Assembly (NCBI GenBank): GCA_963783575.1
Contig: CAWAOD010000011.1
Coordinates: 352,001 to 416,000 of the forward strand
Length of the DNA: 64,000 nucleotides
Direction: 5' to 3'
Source: an uncultured Spirochaetota bacterium
GTDB lineage: Bacteria; Spirochaetota; Brevinematia; Brevinematales; JAOACQ01
This document shows, piece after piece, positions 10,925 to 20,865 of the stretch. Positions within the stretch are counted from its first letter, which is position 1, and each line of letters starts with the position of its first letter. Below the pieces are notes generated by a model, which was not told the origin of the DNA, made no database searches, and saw only the letters and a program-made list of their open reading frames with translations. The position numbers and the translations under genes are program-made.

Positions 10925-11659
10925 ATGAATATAAGGCAATTAGAAGTGATTAATAATTTGGATTATATTCCATTAGAGAAATTAATTATTCCTTCTCCGG
11001 TAAATAAATTGAAATATCTTATGATCGAGGGCAAGGATAAAATTATTTTAGATTTAGGAGCTCTAGACGAAACAGCTTATGATTTAAAGCTGTCAACAGA
11101 TTATTGGGTTCATAAAAAGCTGGCATTTGTTGCAAAACAAGTCATTGGGGTGGATTCATCCGACTTAATTCCGGAAGGTGGAATTAAAACTTCGGAAAAC
11201 AGTATGATTTTCAAAGGTAATGTTTATCATTTAGAAAATTATCTGACAAGAAATAATATAGATTTGATTATAGCCGGTGAATTAATTGAACATTTGCCAA
11301 ATGTTTTATTATTTTTTGAAAATATAAAGAAAATATCCAATAAATATGGTTTGGAAATGATTATAACTACTCCTAATGCTAGTAGCCTTTATAATTTCAT
11401 ACTTGGAATATTTAAAAGAGAATCTACCCATAAAGATCATTTAAGCATTTTTTCTTATAAGATTCTTAATACCTTATGTAAAAAGACTAGATTTCGCTCC
11501 TGGCAAATTATTCCCTACTATGTTAAATTTAGTGAGATGGTACTTGGATCAAAAGGAATAAAGAAGTTATTAATAATACTATTTGAGAAAATGATCAATT
11601 TTCTAGAATATTTATTTCCAATGTTATCAGGCGGATTGATAGTAAAAATAAAAATATGA
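10925..11659 (+). CDS. Class I SAM-dependent methyltransferase
   Basis: ILDLGA, VIGVD, DLIIAGELIEHL, IITTPN motifs. Confidence 0.85.
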   Translation: MNIRQLEVINNLDYIPLEKLIIPSPVNKLKYLMIEGKDKIILDLGALDETAYDLKLSTDYWVHKKLAFVAKQVIGVDSSDLIPEGGIKTSENSMIFKGNVYHLENYLTRNNIDLIIAGELIEHLPNVLLFFENIKKISNKYGLEMIITTPNASSLYNFILGIFKRESTHKDHLSIFSYKILNTLCKKTRFRSWQIIPYYVKFSEMVLGSKGIKKLLIILFEKMINFLEYLFPMLSGGLIVKIKI

Positions 11660-11669
11660 GGAATCACAA

Positions 11670-12047
11670 ATGTTTAGAGTAATTTTTTGGACGATCATAT
11701 TTTCTCTCGCAACAGCATTTTCTGTAATGTTAACTGGAGATAGAAGCTTAATTTCTAACAATTTATTTAAATTAACGAATATCTTAAAATTGATACTGAA
11801 TTGGAAATTTATTCTTGCAATGATTTTAGCCATTGCGGCAAGATTCGCATTTATTTTTATTAATAATTCCATCTTGAATATTTCTTATTTGGCTAAAAAC
11901 TCAACAACAATTACGGCTTTTGTTACAACGGTTGCATATATGTTTGTTGTATTTGCAAATTTTCTGTTTTTAGATGAAAGAATAACTTTACAACAGGGAA
12001 TCGGCTGCGTAATAATAACTTTGGGTATTGTAATATTATTAAAGTAG
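11670..12047 (+). CDS. Small 4-TM DMT/SMR-type protein, candidate lipid-linked-sugar flippase (ArnE/F-like)
   Basis: 125 aa, four hydrophobic helices, C-terminal FLFLDERITLQQGIG..II.LGI DMT signature. Confidence 0.65.
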   Translation: MFRVIFWTIIFSLATAFSVMLTGDRSLISNNLFKLTNILKLILNWKFILAMILAIAARFAFIFINNSILNISYLAKNSTTITAFVTTVAYMFVVFANFLFLDERITLQQGIGCVIITLGIVILLK

Positions 12048-12049
12048 AG

Positions 12050-12661
12050 GTGAAAATTGTGTTTTATATAATATCAGCTATGAAAAATAAATTATTAACA
12101 ATCCAAAAATATTTATTTATGTTGATGAATTCAAATATCATTATAGATAAATATACATATGGAGTTCCAAAAGTTTATTTTGGGAAATTAGAAAAAACCA
12201 AACTAATAATCGGGAAATTTTGCTCCATAGCGCCTAACCGAGTAATAATTATGCTTGGCGGACTTCATAGGACCGATTGGGTTTCAACTTACCCTTTTAA
12301 TGTTTTTTATAAAGAATTTAAGCATATTAAAGGAATTCCATTTTCCAAAGGAGATGTTAAAATTGGCAACGATGTATGGATTGGCCTGGATGCTGTTATA
12401 TTATCTGGTATAACAATTGGTGATGGGGCAGTTATTGGCGCTAATTCCTTGGTTACAAAAGATGTTCCGCCTTATGCAATAGTTGGAGGAGATCCCGCTA
12501 AAATTCTTCGCTATAGGTTTGATGAAAAAACTATTCAGAAACTTTTAGAAATAAAATGGTGGGATTGGAGCCTGGTTTATATAAAAAAAGCTATTCCATA
12601 TATTCTAGATAATGATCTTGAACATTTTTTTGAGTTTGCTTCTAAATTAGAAAAAAATTAG
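12050..12661 (+). CDS. CatB/Vat-related hexapeptide O-acetyltransferase
   Basis: IGKFCSIA, H..DWVSTYPF, IGNDVWIG, GDGAVIGA, DVPPYAIVGG.PA, KWWDW. Confidence 0.9.
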   Translation: MKIVFYIISAMKNKLLTIQKYLFMLMNSNIIIDKYTYGVPKVYFGKLEKTKLIIGKFCSIAPNRVIIMLGGLHRTDWVSTYPFNVFYKEFKHIKGIPFSKGDVKIGNDVWIGLDAVILSGITIGDGAVIGANSLVTKDVPPYAIVGGDPAKILRYRFDEKTIQKLLEIKWWDWSLVYIKKAIPYILDNDLEHFFEFASKLEKN

Positions 12662-12825
12662 TTATACATCCGTTTTATCGGAATATGATTTTAAAGTATT
12701 TGTTTATTATAGATTCAGCTTGGTATCTTGAAAAATGAATTGCATATTTTTTGGAGAAAGATAAACATGAAACCCGCTTTTAAAACACAAATTTCAGTCG
12801 AAGTAATCTTAAAGATGATAATGCA

Positions 12826-14697
12826 ATGAAGAATGAAGTAAATCAAAATGGTCTTGTTTTAAACACCCAATGGATTGAACAGGAAAAAGCATATCAAAAA
12901 TGGATAATTAAAAATGATTTAAAGTCTGATGAAATCAGAAGACAAAGGGAAATGCAATTTAGCTACATGCCTAAAATTAAAATCTTAACTGCAATTATAG
13001 ATCTATCGGGTGCTTTTCTTGATTCGATGTTGCATTCTGTGATTAGCCAAACCTATCAAAATTGGGAATTATGCGCCGTTCAATGCAATTTGCTCAATAC
13101 TCATTTCCGGGACATTTTGGAATCATACTCTAATAAAGACAAGAGAATTAAAAATTATATTATAGATGGAGTATTAAATAAAGCATCATTATATAATACT
13201 GGGGTGGAATTCAGCGATGGTGAATTTACAGTTTTACTGGATGACCAGGATGTTCTCAATCCCGATGCTTTGTTTGAAATTCTAAATGCGATCAACCAGT
13301 ATCCCGATCTTGATATTCTATATTCTGATCATGACATGATTTCTGCGGATGGAAAGATAAGGAAAAATCCTGTTTTCAAGCCGGATTACAATCCTGATTT
13401 ACTTTTAAATTATAACTATATTTCAAATTTATTTGCTTTCAGAACTTCACTTGCCAAAAGGGCCGGATGGTTTAAGGATGAATTTGGAAAAGCTGAAACC
13501 TATGATTTAATTTTGAGATTGATTGAACAAACCGATAAAATCTATCATATTCCCAAAATATTATATCATATAAGGGAAAATTATGAATTAAATACAGATT
13601 ATCTTAAGTATTCTGAAAAAGCACTATTGGAACATATGCAGAGAAGAGGTATAAAAGCTATAATTGAGAAAGGTTTAATTAATGGGTGTTTAAAAGTCAG
13701 CTATCCTGTTGAGAAAAAAACAACAATTTCTATAATAATAATGAATAAAAATAATGCTAAATTTCTTGCTAACTGTATTCATTCTATTATAAAAAAAACA
13801 AGTTACAATGATTATGAGATAATAATTGTAGAAAACGGAAGTACAGAAAAGAGTATATTTAAACTTTATCAAAGATTACAAAAAAATCAAAAAATACGAA
13901 TATTAAAATGGGAAAAAGAATTTAATTACTCCGTATTAAATAATTTTGCCGCAAGACAAGCAACAGGCGATTTATTTTTATTTTTGAATAATGATATGAA
14001 AGTAATATCTTCTGATTGGCTGGAACAAATGGCTGGATATGCTCTGCGTAAAGATGTAGGTGCTGTCGGGGCAAAACTTTATTATTTGGATAATACTATT
14101 CAGCACGCCGGAGTGATTAATTTTTGGGCTCATGTTCATCGCTTTACGGTGAAAAACAATCCCGGATATTGCGGTAGGCTTATGATGGTACAAAATTATT
14201 CCGTTGTTACTGGCGCCTGTTTGATGATTCGAAAAGAAGTTTTTAATGAAATTAATGGTTTTGATGAAATATTTGCTGTAAGTTATAATGATTTTGATTT
14301 ATGTCTCAAGCTTCGTGTAAAAGGGTATTTAATTGTCTTTACCCCATATGTGGAATTGTACCATTATGAATGTATGACCAGAATGAATCTAGATTCTTTA
14401 GAGAACCTGGAAAGGACAAGTAATGAAACACAGCTTTTTAATGAACGGTGGAAAAAAGTGATTGATAAGGGAGATCCTTATTTTAACCGGAATTTATCTA
14501 AAGAAAGGGACGATTTTGCTATAGATTTAGGTGATAATACGTCAGTAAATCAAAGATCAAATTTTTATATGATTGCGAAAGAAATTGAAAAGAAAACTTT
14601 AAAAATACCATTTTTAAATATCTTTTTCCGAATTGTTAAAAGTTATTATAAAAATATTAATTGGAGTTTAACAAAAATCTTAAATAAACATCATTAA
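12826..14697 (+). CDS. Two-domain GT2 glycosyltransferase, paralog of 1705..3924
   Basis: Same architecture: LYSDHD..FKPD, LNNDM, VGAKLYY, VTGACL, YNDFDLCL, DPYFN.NLS. Confidence 0.9.
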   Translation: MKNEVNQNGLVLNTQWIEQEKAYQKWIIKNDLKSDEIRRQREMQFSYMPKIKILTAIIDLSGAFLDSMLHSVISQTYQNWELCAVQCNLLNTHFRDILESYSNKDKRIKNYIIDGVLNKASLYNTGVEFSDGEFTVLLDDQDVLNPDALFEILNAINQYPDLDILYSDHDMISADGKIRKNPVFKPDYNPDLLLNYNYISNLFAFRTSLAKRAGWFKDEFGKAETYDLILRLIEQTDKIYHIPKILYHIRENYELNTDYLKYSEKALLEHMQRRGIKAIIEKGLINGCLKVSYPVEKKTTISIIIMNKNNAKFLANCIHSIIKKTSYNDYEIIIVENGSTEKSIFKLYQRLQKNQKIRILKWEKEFNYSVLNNFAARQATGDLFLFLNNDMKVISSDWLEQMAGYALRKDVGAVGAKLYYLDNTIQHAGVINFWAHVHRFTVKNNPGYCGRLMMVQNYSVVTGACLMIRKEVFNEINGFDEIFAVSYNDFDLCLKLRVKGYLIVFTPYVELYHYECMTRMNLDSLENLERTSNETQLFNERWKKVIDKGDPYFNRNLSKERDDFAIDLGDNTSVNQRSNFYMIAKEIEKKTLKIPFLNIFFRIVKSYYKNINWSLTKILNKHH

Positions 14698-14900
14698 ATT
14701 TATTGAGTCCGATAGGCCAAACGTAAAAAATAATTTACCAGAATTAAACATAGGGTTATGCTTGTTAAATTTGTATAAAATTATATAATCGATTTATAAT
14801 AAATAAAAATACAAAATAAAATATTTGATTATTGCTTGGATTCATGTTAATTTTGAATAATTTGTAAATAAATTAGATATTCATAATTTGGAGTTGAATA

Positions 14901-15749
14901 ATGAAAGGAGTTATTGTTGCCGCTGGTTATGGGATGCGTTTTCTTCCTTTAACAAAAACATTGCCAAAAGAAATGCTTCCGCTTTACGATAAACCATTGA
15001 TAGACTTTATACTTGATGAGTTTGAGGATGCCGGAATTAATGATGTTATTGTTATAACAAGCAGAAGAAAAAAAATCCTTGAGGATTATCTTGACAGGGA
15101 GGTTGAACTTGAATCTGTTCTGAAAAATGGCGGTAAATCTAGGCAACTGGAAAGTATAAAGCCGAGGAAAATGAACTTCATTTTTATTCGCCAGCAGGAA
15201 ATGAAAGGCACCGGCCATGCCCTTCTGTTAACAAAATCGGTTATAGGCAATGAGCCTTTTATCGTAGCATATCCTGATGATATTGTTCTGGGAATGCCCG
15301 GAATTTCAAGACAAATGATGGAACTATACAATCAAACCGGGAAATGCGTTCTGGCCGTTAGAAAAGAAGAACTAAATATCTCACGGTATGGAGTTGTTAA
15401 ACTCACAAAAAAAGATGGAATAAATATTGTGGGAAAAATAGTCGAAAAACCGGATAAAAATAATGCCCCAAGCAATCTTGTATCGATTGGCAGGTATTTA
15501 TTTACACCTGAAATGCTTTCTTTATTGGAAGCAGGATATCTGAATCACAAAAATGGGGAATATTATCATATCGATTCGATAAATGCCTTATGTTCCGAAA
15601 ATAAGGTCGCTGCTATGGAAATTAAGGGTCTGATGCTAGATACCGGCGAACCGCAGACTTATCTTACATCTTTATTGTTATACATAAAACAGCATCCTCA
15701 AGCATCGGATATTTTTAATGAGTTTGTAAAAAATAATTATAAAAGCTGA
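14901..15749 (+). CDS. galU: UTP-glucose-1-phosphate uridylyltransferase
   Basis: AAGYGMRFLPLTKTLPKEMLP, RQ..MKGTGHA, VEKP, GRY, DTG. Confidence 0.88.
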   Translation: MKGVIVAAGYGMRFLPLTKTLPKEMLPLYDKPLIDFILDEFEDAGINDVIVITSRRKKILEDYLDREVELESVLKNGGKSRQLESIKPRKMNFIFIRQQEMKGTGHALLLTKSVIGNEPFIVAYPDDIVLGMPGISRQMMELYNQTGKCVLAVRKEELNISRYGVVKLTKKDGINIVGKIVEKPDKNNAPSNLVSIGRYLFTPEMLSLLEAGYLNHKNGEYYHIDSINALCSENKVAAMEIKGLMLDTGEPQTYLTSLLLYIKQHPQASDIFNEFVKNNYKS

Positions 15750-15758
15750 GAGTTTATC

Positions 15759-15786
15759 TTGATTTTCAAGTATTGTATGATATAAT
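15759..15786 (+). promoter_or_regulatory. Putative sigma70 promoter with extended -10
   Basis: TTGATT-16 bp-TATAAT with TG immediately upstream (TGaTATAAT), about 100 bp before 15887. Confidence 0.5.
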
Positions 15787-15886
15787 GATTTTTAAATACG
15801 CCCTTAAAACGGATATAATTTCCCGCATTTGATTACCTAATTTATTATTTGTAAGATTATGATTAAATTATTTTGAGGAGTAATTT

Positions 15887-16888
15887 ATGAAAAGATTTAT
15901 TTTCTCAGGTATTATTATTGCAATAATTTATGTGCCTTTTTTCGCAAATGATTTTGATGATATGAAAAGCAAAGTTGGGGATATCTCAAGCGATCTGGCA
16001 ACCCAAATATCAACTGCGATGGCTCCGAATTTCGGTTATTATACCGGCAGCGGCAATGTAACTCCTGTAAATACTTCAAGTTTCCTGGGATTAAAAATCG
16101 GAGTTGGGCTGGGACTAAATCTGACGCCGAATTTTTTTAGCGCAATGAATAATATTGAATCGGCAATTCCAGGGGCAAGTTCCGATCAGCTTGCTGATTC
16201 ATTAAAGTCTGCCGCAGGGGCAATGGCAGCCATTCCTTCGCCGTATGACCTTCTGTATGTAAAAATTGGCGTGCCGATTATTCCTCTTGACGTAGGTTTA
16301 AGGATTGGTGTTATTCCGGCATTATCTTTTGGCACATCGGATGGCTCTGTCGGAATAGGAGGATTTCATTTTGGAGTTGAGGGAAGATATTCTATATTTG
16401 AACTTCCTGCCGGTCTTATTAAAGTTGACGCTCGAGTTTCCTATGATTATGACGGAGGAAATATAAATGTTTCCGCAAAAACGACTCAGGATGCCGATAT
16501 CAACGGCAAAACAATCGGTTCAAACAACCTCACAATGGCCTGGAATATGGGATGGAGCGGATCTTCTATCGGTGCAAAATTAATGGGTGGATTGAATATA
16601 CCGCTTATTGGCGGACTTTATCTCGGCCTGGGGATGAATATTAATATTGGACAATTCAGTACGGAAGTCAAAACCGATTATGATTTTGGTCCAAACGGTA
16701 CCGGAACTTCAGAAGGATTAACAGAGCAGAAATTTACAGTTGATAAAACCGCTTCAGCCGGTTATAATGCTTTTGATCTAAGACTTATTGGGGGTGTTCA
16801 GATATTCTTTATAAATGCTGCGGTTGAATACGGTATATTGAACGGTAATTATGCTATAACCTTTATTCCATTTTCAATGGTATTTTAA
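15887..16888 (+). CDS. Exported protein, putative outer-membrane beta-barrel
   Basis: Signal peptide, Gly-rich alternating hydrophobic strands, C-terminal Phe; GAGGAG RBS. Confidence 0.55.
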   Translation: MKRFIFSGIIIAIIYVPFFANDFDDMKSKVGDISSDLATQISTAMAPNFGYYTGSGNVTPVNTSSFLGLKIGVGLGLNLTPNFFSAMNNIESAIPGASSDQLADSLKSAAGAMAAIPSPYDLLYVKIGVPIIPLDVGLRIGVIPALSFGTSDGSVGIGGFHFGVEGRYSIFELPAGLIKVDARVSYDYDGGNINVSAKTTQDADINGKTIGSNNLTMAWNMGWSGSSIGAKLMGGLNIPLIGGLYLGLGMNINIGQFSTEVKTDYDFGPNGTGTSEGLTEQKFTVDKTASAGYNAFDLRLIGGVQIFFINAAVEYGILNGNYAITFIPFSMVF

Positions 16889-16907
16889 CAAAATGTCTCT
16901 TTGCCGG

Positions 16908-18629
16908 TTAATACTTTATTTTTAACTCCCCATATGCTGAACTACCTGGGAAGTATCGGAATCCTAAGAATATTTCTTCCTTATATAAAGCAAATGCCGT
17001 CAACGGCATAGCGACCAGAAAACTGCTTGCAATAGCATAAAATTTAGCATTTTGATTTATCTGCGAATAATTATTATAATTATCTTTTGCATTCATATCA
17101 TTTGGGTTTGCAAAATATTGATCGGCATAATAATTCATTTTGTAATCGGTATAAATATCAAACCCCGTAAATCCTGCTGTCAAAAGCCAGCCTCCGAACG
17201 CCATCCACCAGGCAATCTTCTTTTCGGATGTTGTTGATCCCTCATGATTCATTAATACTGCATTTATTGATATAGTTTGATTTTTATTCGTTAAAGTAAA
17301 GTTTTGAAAATATGGGAAATAATTGGTTGAATCATTTAAAATGACTTTTACTCGGTGTTCACTATCCATAATAAGGTTTGTTACCACAGCCGGGGTTATT
17401 CCATAGTAATCGGAATCTATGAAGACCAGTGAGTTTGATGGGGTTGAATCTATTTTAACAATGCCGCCTGTTAATTGTTTGACTATGGATTTATAGATAT
17501 TATTAGTAATATTTTCATTGATATCAGCAACAGCAACTACCTGATGGTAGCCTTCTTTTAAGAAAGTAAACTGGTGGCTGCCGATCGGTACTGCGGGGTA
17601 ATACAACGGGCTTTTACCGATAAAAACACCGTCAAGATAAATATTAGCGTTTTCGGGTTTTGTGATAATCATCACATCCCCATTTTTTTTATTTATTATC
17701 ATATCCCTTAATGGCTTTAGAAAATCATACATATTGTCAGATAAGCTGTCTTCTCTGGATTGGAGTGAAAATTTATTTGCGTTGGTTACCCCGGCGATTT
17801 TCTCAATATAAATATTTACATTAAGATTATTAGGGCCTCTTTCTTTAGAAATAACTGTAAAATCACCTGTAATATAGGCATTTAAATTCATCAAATTAGT
17901 ACTGGTATTCATTGTATTTGTAATTTTTGTAGAATTCGTCATATTTGTGATATTCTGTGTATTTGTTGTATAAAAGTCCTTTTGTACGGAAATAGGCATA
18001 TAAGAAACAATATTTGTCAGGTCGGGAAATTCATTTATTATAAGGTTAGTAAACATATCGTCCTGGACAATACCTTTATTTGTCGCAATAATATTTGTTA
18101 CTATAAAATTTGTCGTTAAATTCATCGTATTATTGGTTATTATTACAAATTGAACTTGCATCATCTTAAGCTTCTTTTTTTGATCTGTTATCTCGACGTT
18201 ATTCGAATTTGTTGTTATATTTTCAATTATATTTGTAACTATTTCCTTCCTTGATTGTGTTATTGAATAATCAACGTTGGTAATGTAATTTGAAAATATT
18301 GAATTGGAAATAGTAATTAGTTGTTGAACATTTGATGTCGCCGATATGCTTATCGATTCAAATGGTATAAAAACCGTCTCATTTTCTATGGGTTTTAAAT
18401 AATTTGCCAGCGTTTCCGGCGCGCCTGTTGTTATATAATCCAGATCGGGATCTTTTGAATTATTTTTAAATTGGGCAATATGGATTACAAAATTAGTCGG
18501 GATTGATTTAATAATTGCTTCTTTAACATCATTCCTTTGTTTGATTGCCTCTTCTTTAATAACTTTTGAACAAGATATAAAGATTAAAAATACTATAATT
18601 ATTAAAAAAATATTATGGAAAAAATTCAT
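16908..18629 (-). CDS. PEGA-domain lipoprotein with TolB_N/CsgG-like N-terminal motif and Thr-Asn-rich region
   Basis: Lipobox-like FISC; FKNNSKDPDLDYITTG.PETL; two PEGA repeats (TKPENANIYLDG.FIGKSP; STPSNSLVFIDSDYYGITP); C-terminal hydrophobic helices. Confidence 0.8.
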   Translation of the reverse strand: MNFFHNIFLIIIVFLIFISCSKVIKEEAIKQRNDVKEAIIKSIPTNFVIHIAQFKNNSKDPDLDYITTGAPETLANYLKPIENETVFIPFESISISATSNVQQLITISNSIFSNYITNVDYSITQSRKEIVTNIIENITTNSNNVEITDQKKKLKMMQVQFVIITNNTMNLTTNFIVTNIIATNKGIVQDDMFTNLIINEFPDLTNIVSYMPISVQKDFYTTNTQNITNMTNSTKITNTMNTSTNLMNLNAYITGDFTVISKERGPNNLNVNIYIEKIAGVTNANKFSLQSREDSLSDNMYDFLKPLRDMIINKKNGDVMIITKPENANIYLDGVFIGKSPLYYPAVPIGSHQFTFLKEGYHQVVAVADINENITNNIYKSIVKQLTGGIVKIDSTPSNSLVFIDSDYYGITPAVVTNLIMDSEHRVKVILNDSTNYFPYFQNFTLTNKNQTISINAVLMNHEGSTTSEKKIAWWMAFGGWLLTAGFTGFDIYTDYKMNYYADQYFANPNDMNAKDNYNNYSQINQNAKFYAIASSFLVAMPLTAFALYKEEIFLGFRYFPGSSAYGELKIKY

Positions 18630-18801
18630 TTTTTATACCTATCAAAATAATAATAGATTTAACAAGAGCGCTCATTTGGTTTGACCTATCTGTTGCCTAA
18701 GAAATTCTCTAAATATCAGGATGGCTTCTTGTTTTTCTTAAAGTATATTATTATAAGACAGATAGAATATAGAGTCAATTTGTAAAACCTTGAATTGTGT
18801 A

Positions 18802-20853
18802 TTACGATTCAAGAACATCCAGTAATTCATAAATTTTCATAGGCGCTTCTTTACCTTTAACATAAATTGAATCCAATTCTCTTACTACAATTGAGTCCTT
18901 TGTTCTTTCATAAGTATTTTCGCTGATTATAATATTTGTCTTATAAAGTTTATTTTCATCCTGCAGATCTTCTGCAAGTGTTGCATTATCTCCGATCGCA
19001 GTATAATTTTTCTTTTTCTCCGATCCGACATTACCCACGGTTAAATTACCTGAATTTAATCCGATCCCGATATTAATCGGTTTATGTCCTAATCGTGCCT
19101 GTTCATCATTAAAATCTTTCAGGGCTTTCATCATTTTAATTGAAGCCTTACAGGCATTTAAAGCATGGTTTTCCAGCTCAATCGGAGTTCCCCAGAAAGC
19201 AACTACAGCATCTCCGATATATTTATCAAGCGTTCCCTGCGTTTCCATAACAATATCTGTCATTTTAGTCAGATAAATATTTAAAAAGCTGATCAATTCA
19301 CCGGCAGTCATTCCTTCAGATAAGGTCGTAAAACTCCGGATATCGGAAAAAAGTATTGTTAAATCCTTTTCCTGTCCCCCAAGTTGAAGCATATCGGGAT
19401 TCTGGATTAAAATATTTACAAGATCCGGATTGACGTACTTTGAAAACGTGGTCTTAATAAACCTCTTTTCCCTTTCTTCGGTCAGTATGATATAGACTTC
19501 CCCGGTTACAAGCACCAGAATACTTATAATAATTGGAAGCAGCGTCAATATTTCGATATTGAACCTGAATAATCCAAATCCAAGAATCAATGGAATTACA
19601 AAAGAAAGAACAAATGCAATTATTGTAGTACGAATACCTTTTGAAAGAAGATATCCGATTAATAAAGTAAAAAGAACAACATATAAAATATTTATCCAAT
19701 CTGGAACATTAATTAAAAAATCCCTGTTCATAATGGTTCCAAGCGCGTATGCAAGATGATCAGTGCCGTTCATTGTTCCAAGGGGAGAAAGCCAATCGTT
19801 TGGCGCTAACCCTGTTATATAAATCCCTACCAGAATAATCGGGTTTCTCGGCAATCCTGCCCTTTCGATATCTTTAACCGCTAGACTTTTCAAATAACCT
19901 GTTTCCGGCGCAGCTTTGTAATTTACAGACAAACGGTATTGAGAATCGACAGGGATTCTGAAATCCTCTTTCCGCCCATTATAAACCGAGTTCCTGATTA
20001 TAATATCGTTTTTTCCTATAATGATATTGCTGATATCCGACTTTAAGAGTTTTACGGACATAGCGAGAGCTGCCGAAGGATAAAAAACGTTTGTTAAATT
20101 TATTTTACCGTTATCAACAAAATAATATGTTACACCCATTATAAGCGGTTCTTTCCTGTAAAGTTCTCCGTCATTGTCCATATTTATTGTGCCGATGAAG
20201 CCAAGAGATTCTGAAATTGCAGGAATTGGGGCTGTTATCTTAGTATAATTTGAAATTTCTATAGAAGGATCGATATTCAGCTCAAAACGCTTCATGTTTT
20301 GGACAACCGCAGAATTATAATCCAGCATCTCTTTTGCACGGAGGGACCTGTCCTGAACCAAATCAAGTTTGATAGTATTGCCTACAGCGCCTTTGTAATT
20401 AACAAGTGCATTTGTAAAGTCTGTGTCGCTTAGGGGATCAGGACTGATTTCATTGAAGTAAAGGTCAAACAGAACAATTTCCGGAAGCTGCTCTTCAGGC
20501 AGGGTATTAAAATGATTGAGAATGCCTGCCCAGACTTTTCTATCTATTTTTAAACTTCCGCCGAATTTATTCTTTGAAAGCTCGTCAATTTGGGCTATAA
20601 AAATTCTTTTATAAAAACCGGTTCCGGCTTGTGTCTTTAATGTTCCCCCTACTGTTTCGACCTTTGTAAACGCTTTTGAAGTAAATCTCCATTTAATTGA
20701 TGTGTTTTCAATATTTCTTGTAAATTCAAAACCGGAAGGAATATAATAAGAACACAGTATTATTAAAATAAAAAATAGTGAAAGAGCTATTATAATTGTA
20801 AGCTTGTTTAATCTAATATTCTTTTTCTTTTGAATATCAATTCTTTTCTCCAT
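18802..20853 (-). CDS. CHASE2 class III adenylate cyclase, metal-binding (C1-like) half
   Basis: TM-CHASE2-3TM-cyclase. Intact FSDIRSFT and DKYIGD, but the GDxVNxASR motif reads GDNATLAED. Confidence 0.9.
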   Translation of the reverse strand: MEKRIDIQKKKNIRLNKLTIIIALSLFFILIILCSYYIPSGFEFTRNIENTSIKWRFTSKAFTKVETVGGTLKTQAGTGFYKRIFIAQIDELSKNKFGGSLKIDRKVWAGILNHFNTLPEEQLPEIVLFDLYFNEISPDPLSDTDFTNALVNYKGAVGNTIKLDLVQDRSLRAKEMLDYNSAVVQNMKRFELNIDPSIEISNYTKITAPIPAISESLGFIGTINMDNDGELYRKEPLIMGVTYYFVDNGKINLTNVFYPSAALAMSVKLLKSDISNIIIGKNDIIIRNSVYNGRKEDFRIPVDSQYRLSVNYKAAPETGYLKSLAVKDIERAGLPRNPIILVGIYITGLAPNDWLSPLGTMNGTDHLAYALGTIMNRDFLINVPDWINILYVVLFTLLIGYLLSKGIRTTIIAFVLSFVIPLILGFGLFRFNIEILTLLPIIISILVLVTGEVYIILTEEREKRFIKTTFSKYVNPDLVNILIQNPDMLQLGGQEKDLTILFSDIRSFTTLSEGMTAGELISFLNIYLTKMTDIVMETQGTLDKYIGDAVVAFWGTPIELENHALNACKASIKMMKALKDFNDEQARLGHKPINIGIGLNSGNLTVGNVGSEKKKNYTAIGDNATLAEDLQDENKLYKTNIIISENTYERTKDSIVVRELDSIYVKGKEAPMKIYELLDVLES

Positions 20854-20865
20854 AATTTCCCCCTG

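Noticed and set aside
12050..12661. Antibiotic-resistance acetyltransferase (catB/vat)
   Set aside because: Family motifs fit, but its place inside a glycan cluster favours sugar O-acetylation; resistance cannot be claimed.
18661..18731. Short imperfect inverted repeat between the cyclase and PEGA genes
   Set aside because: Arms are short and mismatched; could be chance.
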